From contig NIVC01000241.1 of assembly GCA_002269645.1 (NCBI GenBank), forward strand, positions 33,187-97,186: DNA of 64,000 nucleotides. Direction: 5' to 3'. Under the pieces are notes generated by a model. It made no database searches and had not been told where the DNA came from. It saw only the letters and a program-made list of their open reading frames with translations. Position 1 is the stretch's first letter; each line of letters starts with the position of its first letter. The stretch is from Macrostomum lignano. Taxonomy: Eukaryota. Made by a program: the position numbers and the translations under genes. Below are positions 53,784 to 64,000 of the stretch, piece by piece.

Positions 53784-53885
53784 TTTGGGCCATAGACAAT
53801 CAAAGCAAGACAACAAAGAAGGAACAAAGAAACAAGTCTATGTTTTACTTTCCTGCCCTTTTTGCTCATTTGTCTATGGCCCAAA
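53784..53885. mobile_element. 102-bp mini inverted-repeat element with perfect 16-bp TTTGGGCCATAGACAA termini
   Basis: 53784-53799 is the exact reverse complement of 53870-53885. Confidence 0.6.
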
Positions 53886-54789
53886 ACCAAGTGGCGAAAC
53901 TATCGATTACTCATTTGGCCTTTGGTGCCGCGTAGAGTTTTAGGATGTTTTTAATGACTTTTAACCATAGACAGAACAAATACTGAAAATAAATTTAATT
54001 GATTGTTGCTCCTAAGGTCAATATCTAAGGTCAAATGTTATTCACAAAAGTGCTGCCACGTATTTTGATATGCAACCTTTTTTGTAACTCAATGCTTCAT
54101 CATAGGCCAAATAAGTAGGCAAACACTTGTTGTTAAATTAAAATCTGCACAAAAGTTTGTAGTCAAATAAAATATGAGTTTTTTCCGCTTTCCAGTGACT
54201 TCGAACTTGTCTAATTTCAGACATGCATAAAATATATATAGACAGAAGTATGACTATACTTTTTGGACACCCCCATCAAGTGCGCCTATGCAGTGCTTGA
54301 GACTCGCTTCACAGCTTGAACCTGCGACTTTTATCAACCGCAAGCAGTTAAGGAAAAATGCTCATATTCTTTAATTAGTAACTATAGTTTATCTTCTTCA
54401 TTGAATTGTACTGTAGGGCCAAAACAAATAAACAAGATTGGAATCGGATGCGCGTCTGTTTGCGCTGTTCGGCTTTTCAGTTCAATGTATTTCCCTGTCT
54501 CTGTAATTCGCCATTTTTTTGTTGCCAGATATTTTAGCTTCTATTTATTTTAGCAAAGTGAGATTACTGCTTACTTAAATAACAATATTGGAAAAATACC
54601 TTGAGTACATTTAAAAAGGCTTGAAATTATATCGTGTCTGTGTTTAAAGGCGTATTTATAGAGGGCTTTAGGACGATCTCGGGTGAGCAAAAAAATAAAT
54701 CAACGTTTTTTAAAGTCATTTGTAGTTTAATAATTCAGCAAGTGTACTCTGCGCGCCTCCAACAGGTAGGCGGCTGCGTCAAGCTGCCG

Positions 54790-56250
54790 TCAGTCTTCAT
54801 CCAGTTGCCGCCTAAGCTCGGCAACGCCCATCGTGACCATCTGACAGAATTCTGAAATTCATTGGCGGTTAACAATCGCCCTGAAATCAAAACTGTCACG
54901 TTACTTAGTAACTCCCAATAAGATGCACCGCTCGCTACTTACCTGAGTAGTCAATCTTTCCGTCCTGATTCTTGTCAACCAGGCGGACCAGCCGGTCGAA
55001 GTCGTCGCGCGCGCGCTCTCCTCTAGTGCCTCGCTGCCAATCTGAAACAGGGCCCGGTACAGCTCGTCATATTCCAGGAAGCCGTTGCCGTTCCTGTCGA
55101 ACACGCGGAAGCTGTGCAGCAGGTCGTCCTGCACCTGCGCCCGTGGCCTGTACGCGCCTGACAACAGCTTGTTGACGTCCGAGAGGCTCAGCTGACTGTC
55201 CTCGTCAAAGCCTTGCTCCCCCAGCTGCTGCATCACCGCATCCTGGCAGGCGCAGTCCTGGCCCAGCGCCTGTACGAACTGGCGCACATTGCGACCCTCG
55301 ATGTAGCCTCGCTCTTCGGTAATTAGGCGCCAGGACTCGCAGAATTCTGCCCGATCCTCAGGCGGAATGTCGGAATCGGCAAATGCTTCCGCAAATTCTT
55401 CCGGTACGTCTCCGGCTGGTTCTGCTTCAGCATCGGCTTCAGCTTCAGGCTCCGCCTTCTCTTCTTCAGCAGCTTCGCCTTCTCCAGCTTCCTCTGCAGT
55501 AGCTTCGCCTTCTCCAGCTTCCTCTTCAGCAGCTTCGCCTTCTCCAGCTTCCTCTTCAACAGCTTCGCCTTCTCCAGCTTCCTCTGCAGCAGCTTCGCCT
55601 TCTCCAGCTTCCTCTTCAGCAGCTTCGCCTTTTCCAGCTTCCTCTTCAGCAGCTTCGCCTTCTCCAGCTTCCTCTTCAGCAGCTTCGCCTTCTCCAGCTT
55701 CTTCTTCGGCTGCAGCCTCGCCCTCTCCCGTTTCCTCTTCAGCGACTTCGCCTTTTCCAGCTTCCTCTTCAGCAGCTTCGCCTTCTCCAGCTTCCTCTTC
55801 AGCAGCTTCGCCTTCTCCAGCTTCCTCTTCAGCAGCTTCGCCTTCTCCAGCTTCTTCTTCGGCTGCAGCCTCGCCCTCTCCCGTTTCCTCTTTAGCGACT
55901 TCTGGCTCGGCCTTCGCTTCGCCTTCTGCCTCTCTTGCTTCTTCATCAGCTTCACCGCCTGCCTCCGCCTCTGCGTCGCCTTTGGCGTCATCAGCCTCCC
56001 CGCCAGCCTCGCCTCCGCCTTCGTCCGCAGCCTCTGTATCGCCACTGACTTCGGCCTCCGCCTCGCCGCCCGCTTCTGCCTCTGCCTCTCCGCCAGCCTC
56101 CGCCGCTTCTTCACCAGCCTCCGCTTCGTCAGCAGCCTCCGTCTCTGCCTCGCCGCCCGCTTCTGCCTCCGCCTCACCTGCTCCGGTTTCAACCTCTGCA
56201 ACTTCCTCCTCCTGCGTCTCCTCCGTGTTCTGGGCCTCGCTCTCTTCCAT
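54790..56250 (-). CDS. Calmodulin/troponin-C-like EF-hand protein with a ~280-aa Glu/Ala/Gly-rich N-terminus: exons 56250-54943 and 54851-54790, with an apparent +2 frameshift at 55006-55016
   Basis: Canonical EF loop FRVFDRNGNGFLEYDEL. A second loop DDFDRLVRLVDKNQDGKIDYS-EFCQMVT appears only after a frame change in a (CG)n run. That frame matches a phase-1 GTAAGT donor (54942) and a TTTCAG acceptor (54852); stop at 54790-54792. Confidence 0.85.
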
Positions 56251-58584
56251 TTTCAGTGCCGGATGTGTGATTTAAGTTTGGTTCTGCTCTACAGCAGTGA
56301 TCACTTTGTTTTCACGTTGACGCGCGCTCGGAACAGAAACAGACGCAGCCTTGCGCTTATTTTTTTTTCTGAACCCTGCGCCTAATAAAATACTATTGAA
56401 TCGTCCAAAGCCTCGGCGACTGTTGCCCGCTATTTTCGGCATTCGGGGTGGGTTGGGGTAAGAAATAATAAAGGCTCATTCGGCAGGTCTCCCCTCCTCA
56501 GCAACACGTATTCTTCTTCTCTCGAATGCTCAGAATGCGGTGCCATTCAGAAGTTTTGTTTAGCCTCACTATCTCCACTGGTTTGGAGTTTAGGGGGGGG
56601 GGGTTCCAAAAAATAATGCGCTACCCGCAAGTGCTGAGAGTCAAGTCCTCAGTGCCAGGTGAATTCCTATGCAGTTGGTTTTTTAGTTTTACCTGAAATT
56701 TAAACTGAAAATATCAATTTGATAGTTCTAGTTTTTATGCTAAAATCGATAACATATATTGATTTAATAACATTTAACTAAGCGTCATCTTCATTGGTCC
56801 TAAAGACATGCCTGGATTGTTTAGTATATTGCATATTAGTAGCCTTCCCAGTAATGTAAAGCTGTTAATGTAAGCAAAATAGCAAATTTTAATAATTTAC
56901 CATATATTTTATATTCTTAGTTGTTATTTGCTTTTTTTGAACCACCCTAGTTTTCGTACGTAAAACCTTTTACTAAATGCTCGTCATCATCACAGTATAT
57001 AGCCTGCCTGACAAAGCATTCATCTTCAACTGCTTCGGCTCTTCTATTTTTTACCTAGCGCGCATTTTTTCGGTTGCTAGCCAACGCTTGGCTGGCGCCT
57101 ACTCAAATTCTCAAGCCTCAGCCAGCATAAGCATTTTAACCCATCCAGATCAGGTACAGTCAGTGTACCTAGCCTCCACCCGCGCTTTGCCGTCTGTCTG
57201 GCTGGGTGGATACAGCTCGGGTGACAACAAGAGATATGGCGGTTAGGAGGCTAGACTACTATGTGTTACTGTGTGTCGCTCTGTGTCTACTCATTTGAAA
57301 TATTTATTGTATAAGAGATGTTCGTCTCGCGAAGCCAGAAAATTTTAGCCATACACGAGCGTAGCAAGCTGCATTTGACACAGCAGCAAGTGTCGAAAGG
57401 GAAGGGAAGGGAAGGGTTGTTGCAGACAGCCACTTACTTGCCTTGAAGCGCTCACAAGCTTGTAGTCATTGACAACGGGCTTAGGGTCATTCAAGCCGCC
57501 ATTAAATGAGAGCAATTTTACGTAAGCGTGATCGCACAGCTTGTACATGCGTGTATTTTTTCGTCGCTTTTGTACACAAGTTGTGTGATTTGATCAGGCG
57601 ATGTGACGAATGAGAACAAGTCAATTTATAATTTTGAATCATACTGTGGTAGGGGCAGTAGAAAAGGAGAAGAAAGATCTTTGTGGACTCTCGAGTGTAT
57701 ACCTATTCCTATATAGAGTGTTGATATATGATGTTTTAAATGGGTGTAATAGTAGTAGTACAAGCTTACATAATTTTATATTTTCGAGAAATAATTTCGA
57801 GAAAATCGCCATATACATGAAATGTGCAAAAAATCAAGACAATTACATTCCTTTCCTAACTGTACTTAACATAAAAGTGTACTTTACAACCTACGTGATC
57901 GACATGTGTACATACTTCAATAGTACGCGGGTACATATATACGTAGTGTGTTGAATTAAGTCAAATATGTTTAACTTCCAAAAAGCATGTTTCTAAATAA
58001 TAAATCGCGAAAGGGCATATAGCATTCTTTGATGTTCCACTGCATTAAGTATATGTTTCAAAAATACGATTCTTCATATAGACCTTCATCAACTGCTATT
58101 GCATGTGTTTCCAACATCCAACCTATGCATCTCTCGTTAAACGTTGACGATCTTGAACAACTATTCGTCAATTTTAACTCAGTAGTTAATGACAGTGAAA
58201 TAATATTTTTGTAGGCGTTTCCAATCCTTAAAAGGAAACGTTAATAAAAATCTGGTTAAATGTTTTGCAGGCAGCTGAACGGTGTTGCAACTTTTTTAAA
58301 CAAATTTATCATTTCCTTGTTCTATATAGCAAATAAAAACACATGCGTTTAATCTGAAAGTTTTAAATACAATAGTTTTATTACATAATCAAATTAATTA
58401 GGCATTATTTTGGAGTTTAATATCGCTCGGTATTTGATAATTTGCGTAAATTTGGTATGAGTTCAGAGTCCATTTTTAAAGCTTGTTTCGTTGTGTAAAT
58501 TATTTTATATAACTTTTCGTTATGTTTCATATTTTCAAAATTTGATGCATGAAAGGAATATCCAGCCTTTTTATTTTCAATGCC

Positions 58585-61500
58585 ATGTCAGCTGAAACTA
58601 AGCAAAATGGTGTTTTAGACCCAAGTGCACAGAGTATCGTATACGAATTTTGTCACTTGCTCGAAAAATCGAAACAATTATTTAATGGACTTCGGTAGGT
58701 TTTTCCATTAGTTAAAGGAACTCTTTCTTTCCACTTTTCACCTTTCTTTCCTTTCACCTACTTCATGATATTTAATCTAGTGTGATTTTTTAATTCTAAT
58801 TTATGTTATTGAGAAATTGTGTTTTTCTAATTTTTAAATATCTTTAAAACTATTTATCAAGTTATTAATAAAACAAATAAAAATGAAATTGTTGATTAAA
58901 TAACTTACTACATATTTTAAAGTTATTTAATTTTTTCAAAACCAATAATTTCGAATTAAATCATTTGAACTATTTACTTTATAATTTGTTAGGGCTTGTG
59001 AATTGAAGAATTGTAGGCAATTTTTTCAGTAAGTTTTATCCAAATTAGTGCTTTTGAATGCAAATTTTCCATGCTTATTAGTCTTTAATCTCCATAAATA
59101 TTTTCTCTCCACATTATTCAGCTTGTTAAACCGCAACCTTCTTCATTTTTAACTATTCATTTTTATATTTTGTTTCTGGAAAACAAACATGAAGAGTTAT
59201 CAAAAAGTTGAAAAATTAAGTTGAGCAACTATAGTTAAACTATAAATAATCAAAGCAGTACTATTTCAAGTATCTAAAATCTTACTTGATTTGGTAGATG
59301 TCTTGAACTTTTAGCTCAAAGCTTATGCATATTAAATGATTTCTATGCTAATAAAAGTACATAAAAGTACATAGTTACTCGTTGTTTTTAAGGCGTTTTT
59401 ATAACTTTCAATTTCTACTATTATTTCCTGTACTAAATTTTCATCTTTTTTTTTTATCTGTGGTATATAACTAATTATTATATAGTACTTATGGCCATAC
59501 TGTTTAACCAAACCAGAGACCTGCCCCAATACGGACATAAGCAATGGCAGTCGTACTTTGGCCGGGCTTTCGACGTCTACACGAAGCTGTGGAAATTCCA
59601 GCAGCAACACAGGGAGCTGCTGGACGGTGCCTACGGCCTGAAGCGCTGGCAGATCGGAGAGATCGCGTCCAAGATTGGGCAGCTCTACTATCACTACTAC
59701 CTGCGCACCAGCGAGACCAACTATTTGAATGAGTCTTTTGCTTTCTACTCAGCAATAAGAATGCGAGCCTACTATTCCAAGGCTAACAAGGAAGAGAGGT
59801 AGGGATATCTCATGAAGCTGAGGGTTGCGGAGGCAGGCAATAAGGATCAAAACATGAAAGTTTACTGCCGACGAGTTAGGTTAGGGTTATGGTTATGGTT
59901 TTAGGTTAGGGTTAGGTTTACAGGTTGAGGTTATCCGAACCTCAGTCGCATACCCAAAAGTGACCTGAACCTCTGCTACATACCCAAAAGTGACCTGAAC
60001 CTCAGTCACATACCCAAAAGTGACCTGAACCTCAGTCACATACCCAAAAGTGACCTGAACCTCAGTCACATACCCAAAAGTGACCTGAACCTCAATCACA
60101 TACCCAAAAGTGACCTGAACCTCAGTCACATACCCAATGGTGACCTGAACCTCTGCTACATACCCAAAAGTGACCTGAACCTCAGTCACATACCCGAAAG
60201 TGACCTGAACCTCAGTCGCATACCCGAAAGTTAGGCTCCAATGGCTCGCGAGTTGGCGGCTCAGTGCTTCCGCAACCTGAACTTGGTTTTGCACTATTCT
60301 GTCTTTAACCCATGGAAATTAGGCCTGTTTTTTACAACTTTCCTTTAGGAAGTTCCCGCTTGTTGAGCGACGCAAAATTGAATTGGATTTCCCTAATCTG
60401 CAGGCCGGATCTGATGGTGAAGAAGCTGCGCTACTATGCCAGATTTGTTATAGTCTGCCTGCTGCTCAAAAAGATGAAGCTAGTCCGCGATCTCATTCGC
60501 GAGCTAGCGAAACTAATTGACGACTACACGGGCATCTACCAGCCAGCCGACGCGCTCGAGTGGTCCATGGTACTGCAGGAGATCAAAGCTTTCATGGACG
60601 CTGATAGCGCCGTGCAAGTGGTTGAGCACGACTCATCGCCTGTAGTGCTCACCCACCGGCTGGGCCCGGCCACCTGCCCGCCCACCGAGCGGAGCCTCTC
60701 CGGCGCCAGCCCGCTGCACCTGGCCGAGATACTCATTGTTGGCGATTGCGCTGATCAGGTGCGAATGTGTGCGGCCACTGGTATTGGTGTCGGGCTGAGG
60801 TTGCGGTCACTTTTGGGTATGTGACTGAAGTTCAGGTCACTTTCGGGTATGCGACTGAGGTTCAGGTCACTTTTGGGTATGCGACTGAGGTTCAGGTCAC
60901 TTTTGGGTATGTGACTGAGGTTCAGGTCCCTTTCGGGTATGTGACTGAGGTTCAGGTCACTTTCGGGTATGTGACTGAGGTTCAGGTCTCTTTCGGGTAT
61001 GCGACTGAGGTTCAGGTCACTTTCGGGTATGTGACTGAGGTTCAGGTCACTTTCGGGTATGTGACTGAGGTTCAGGTCACTTTCTGGTTGGCTTCTTGGT
61101 TTCTTATTGGTACCGATTAAGATTGGGTAGACCTTAGGTATCTGATTGAGTTTGTGGTGAGCTGGTGGGATCCAGTTCACAACCGGTTGATCATCCCCGC
61201 CATCTCGCAGGTGAAGTTCAGCGAGCTGACGCTGGACATGTTCCGGATGCTGCAGACGCTCGAACTGGAGCCTCAGGAGCTCGGCGCGGCTGGCGTCGGC
61301 GCGGGCCTCGGGCTCGGCCTGCGCCTCGGCGGCGGGGCGAGCAGCGTGGCGGGCTCGGTCTCGTGCGAGGCCAGCCCAGTGAGCAGGCGGCCGCAGCAGC
61401 AGCAGCCGATGGAGAACGGCAGCAGGCGGGACAACCCGCACAAGTACCTGCTGTACAAGCCCGGCACCGCCCAGATGACCATGTTCCTGGCTTCCAGCTT

Positions 61501-62543
61501 CAAGGAGCTGCCGGCGGACGGTGTCCTGCTGCTGTACATCAGCGCTGACGGGAGCGCTGCCAGCCCAGCCCGAACGGAGGCGATCGTGAGTTCCATGGGT
61601 TTTTGCATTGAAGCATGGGAATAAAAAGCATAGTATAGCCTAGCGCTCCTTTAGACCAGGCACAGTCTAGCCCTACATTTGAATGGCAAAAAATCAATCT
61701 AAATCATTAAAAATCATCGACGAAAGCAAAAAAGGCGTTCAAATTTCGTCAAACTGGTTTTTTAAGCCGCTGAAATTACTTACCTACTGTCACTTCGCCC
61801 CCCCCCCCCAGTTTCCGTTTTCTCAAGTGGCATTTTTCTCCCCAATATCAGCAGTCTGCATGGCCCAGTCACAGGGAGTTTATATTTAGCAGGGCGTTTT
61901 ACAGGCTCGAATATTCACAGGCTCGAATATTCACAGGCTGGAATTTTTACAACTCGAATATTCACAGGCTCGAATATTCACAGGCTCGAATATTCACAGG
62001 CTCGAATATTCACAGGCTCGAATATTTACAAACTCGAATATTCACAGGGTCGAATATTCACAAACTCGAATATTCACAGGCTCGAATATTCACAGGCTCG
62101 AATATTCACAAACTCGAACATTCACAGGCTCGAATATTCACAAGGTCGAATATTCACAGGCTCGAATATTCACAGGCTCGAATATTCACAGGCTCGAATA
62201 TTCACAAACTCGAACATTCACAGGCTCGAATATTCACAAGGTCGAATATTCGCAGGCTCGAATATTCACAGGCTCGAATATTCACAAGCTCGAAACTTCA
62301 TACGAGCCACCGACGAAAATTCTTGCCTGTCGAATTCGAACTTAGAGCTTGACGCGTCGAGCTTGTGTAATCGTCCCTATCTACAAGCGATAAGTAGCAC
62401 ACCTGTCCTGATCATTTCCCATGCCGCAGAGGGCTACGAAGACGGCGGCGTCGTCACCAACAGTCGGCGCGAGACAGCGGAGACGGAGACACATCCGGGC
62501 GGCTCAGGAAGCCGCCGCTAGCTGGGCTGAAGAGCCCGCACTG
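58585..62543 (+). CDS. SCAI: SCAI (suppressor of cancer cell invasion) homolog, 5' part: exons 58585-58694, 59517-59798, 60404-60758, 61211-61585, ~62430-62543; remainder beyond the window
   Basis: EFCHLLEKSKQLFNGLR-DLPQYGHKQWQSYFGRAFDVYTKLWKFQQQHR, GLKRWQIGEIASKIGQLYYHYYLRTSE, KKLRYYARF, VKFSELTLDMFRMLQ, NPHKYLLYKP, YEDGGVVTNS. The first three introns have consistent phases; the frame is anomalous around the last junction. Confidence 0.92.
59930..60232 (+). repeat. 30-bp minisatellite (GTGACCTGAACCTCAGTCACATACCCAAAA), ~10 copies, SCAI intron 2
   Basis: Direct reading. Confidence 0.95.
60795..61085 (-). repeat. Same 30-bp minisatellite in inverted orientation, ~10 copies, SCAI intron 3
   Basis: TTTTGGGTATGTGACTGAGGTTCAGGTCAC is the reverse complement of the intron-2 unit. 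Confidence 0.95.
61905..62295. repeat. 16-bp minisatellite (AATATTCACAGGCTCG), ~24 copies, SCAI intron 4
   Basis: Direct reading. Confidence 0.93.
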
Positions 62544-63522
62544 GTGAGTTGAGCGCAAGCAGTTGTGCTCATTCCGCTGACCTCTGAGCACATGCTCACA
62601 CGGTGCACAGCGGCTCCGACTTTCTTATTGTTAGCCAGTGTATCTGTGACTGGGAGTTTGGTCAAGCGATCATCCCATTGTGGCTGGCGATAATGGCGCC
62701 CCTTTTCCTTTGGGCTGGCAGTCCCAAATATTATCAATATATAGTGTACGCAGGACTTCATCGCCCTCCGTTTGCTCAGTATGGTGCCCTCTCCTGTTCT
62801 AAATCCGCCTCTGATACTGACTCTCATCCTAAGCTATTCATTGCAAGAAGACTACCAAATTAAGGGAACTACGGAAATAAAGGCTGCTGGACTTCCTTAG
62901 GAAATTCCAACTAGTTAAGAAAAAAAAGTGCGTTAATGGCAATGTATAGTGTCTATGCCTATCTCCATCCAATGCAGATGGTCTTTGCCCCATTAAATGC
63001 CTGACAGATGGGTTGCTGTGGGGATCGAGAGGCTAGAGAGCGATGCCCCTTCAACGCCTCAGCTGAGCACTTCCACCCCAAGAATGTAGCGAGTGTGTAG
63101 GGGGGGGGTGGCTGTGACGCCCTAGAAACTGAAACCGGGCGGCATATTCCCTGGCGGACTCAGCCGCAGACTCGCTCGTTCGATCACTCGCTTTCCACAA
63201 CTAAAGCAGCGGACCAGCTGCAGGCTAAAGTGCATACGATGTATTATGCATGCCTGCCCCCCCCCTCGGAAAGGCTGCGGAAGCGGCAGCAGTGGGCGAT
63301 TTTGTTCGAAAGCAAATCCGACGCTTTTTTCCATTCTGTTTGTGTTTCTCCCCCTCTTGGTCGGGCTGTCAGCCTGGGGCGATTGGGAGAGAGAAGTCGG
63401 CACTCTGTGACAGTTCTTAGTGTCTGCTGGGCCAAGTTTCATTGAAATTCACGTGTCAATTGTCTTCACGACTCGTCATTGTAAAGATATTTACAAAGAA
63501 CTTTTAATAGAAAAAGTTCCTA

Positions 63523-63803
63523 GGGGGTTGTATGTAGCCTAGTGGTTACAGCCCGGACTCACGACTTGAAGGTCGGGGGTTCGATTCCCAATCCCACTGG
63601 AATAACTTGTGTCTTTGAGCAAGACACTTCACTCTGCATTGCTTCAGTTCACCCAGCTACTGAGAGTGTGTGTGGCGACCCCCCCCCCCAGTCCTTGGAC
63701 TGAACAGCCGTACGCCTTCAGATGCGCCGCGCAATTGCTGCGGCTGAGCTGTCGGTTGCACATCTGGCCATCAGGGCAGGTGTAAAGTATTTTATTATTA
63801 TTA
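63523..63803 (+). mobile_element. tRNA-derived SINE, copy 2
   Basis: A box TAGCCTAGTGG, B box GGTTCGATTCC, body shared with copy 1 (lacking ~30 bp of the core), (TAT)n tail. Confidence 0.88.
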
Positions 63804-64000
63804 GCGACTCCACTGGTAGATTTTTCCAACTGATAAGAGCAGGCATATTGCTATGATTTTATTTAACTACAACACGAGCGTAATAAAAAATTGTAACACG
63901 ATTGCAATGTCGAAAAGCGTGCATTAAACGCTAAAAGCATGCTTAAATGGCTCGTGATCGCGTATTGGCTGGAGTCATTTAATGCAAGAGAAATATATAC

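Noticed and set aside
55323-56275. Overlapping K/R-rich (-) and S/A/P-rich (+) ORFs over the EF-hand gene
   Set aside because: Alternative frames of the acidic coding repeat; only the E/A/G frame connects to EF-hands.

Overview
Eukaryotic (animal) genomic DNA. It has GT-AG introns, GC-rich coding exons, CAG/polyQ runs, TTAGGG-like tracts and an unusually heavy load of intronic minisatellites. This style is consistent with a free-living flatworm such as Macrostomum (inference from composition only). Five protein-coding genes can be assembled by hand with consistent splice phases. (1) A cAMP phosphodiesterase of the PDE4/dunce family (+, common exons 17996-33548), preceded by at least 6-8 candidate alternative first exons between 3.6 and 22 kb. 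(2) A DPY19-like C-mannosyltransferase (+, 41903-46123). (3) A Tousled-like kinase (+, 48804-52342). (4) A calmodulin-like EF-hand protein with a long Glu/Ala/Gly repeat N-terminus (-, 56250-54790), with a 2-nt frameshift in a (CG)n run. (5) The 5' part of SCAI (+, 58585-62543, continuing beyond the window). About 23 tandem arrays, roughly 20% of the window, explain almost all long ORFs in the track. There are also MITE-like elements, two tRNA-derived SINE types and a LINE RT relic interrupted by a gypsy integrase fragment. The most unusual signals are: a ~4-kb block (37650-41610) with a single CpG and excess TpA that holds decayed transposon ORFs (RIP-like or methylation-driven hypermutation); a SCAI exon flanked by inverted arrays of one 30-bp minisatellite; the PDE4 N-terminal exon battery; and a CCATAGAC motif shared by short inverted-repeat elements and three different minisatellites. 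No CRISPR array, rRNA or bona fide tRNA was found. All gene models are manual predictions without transcript evidence.
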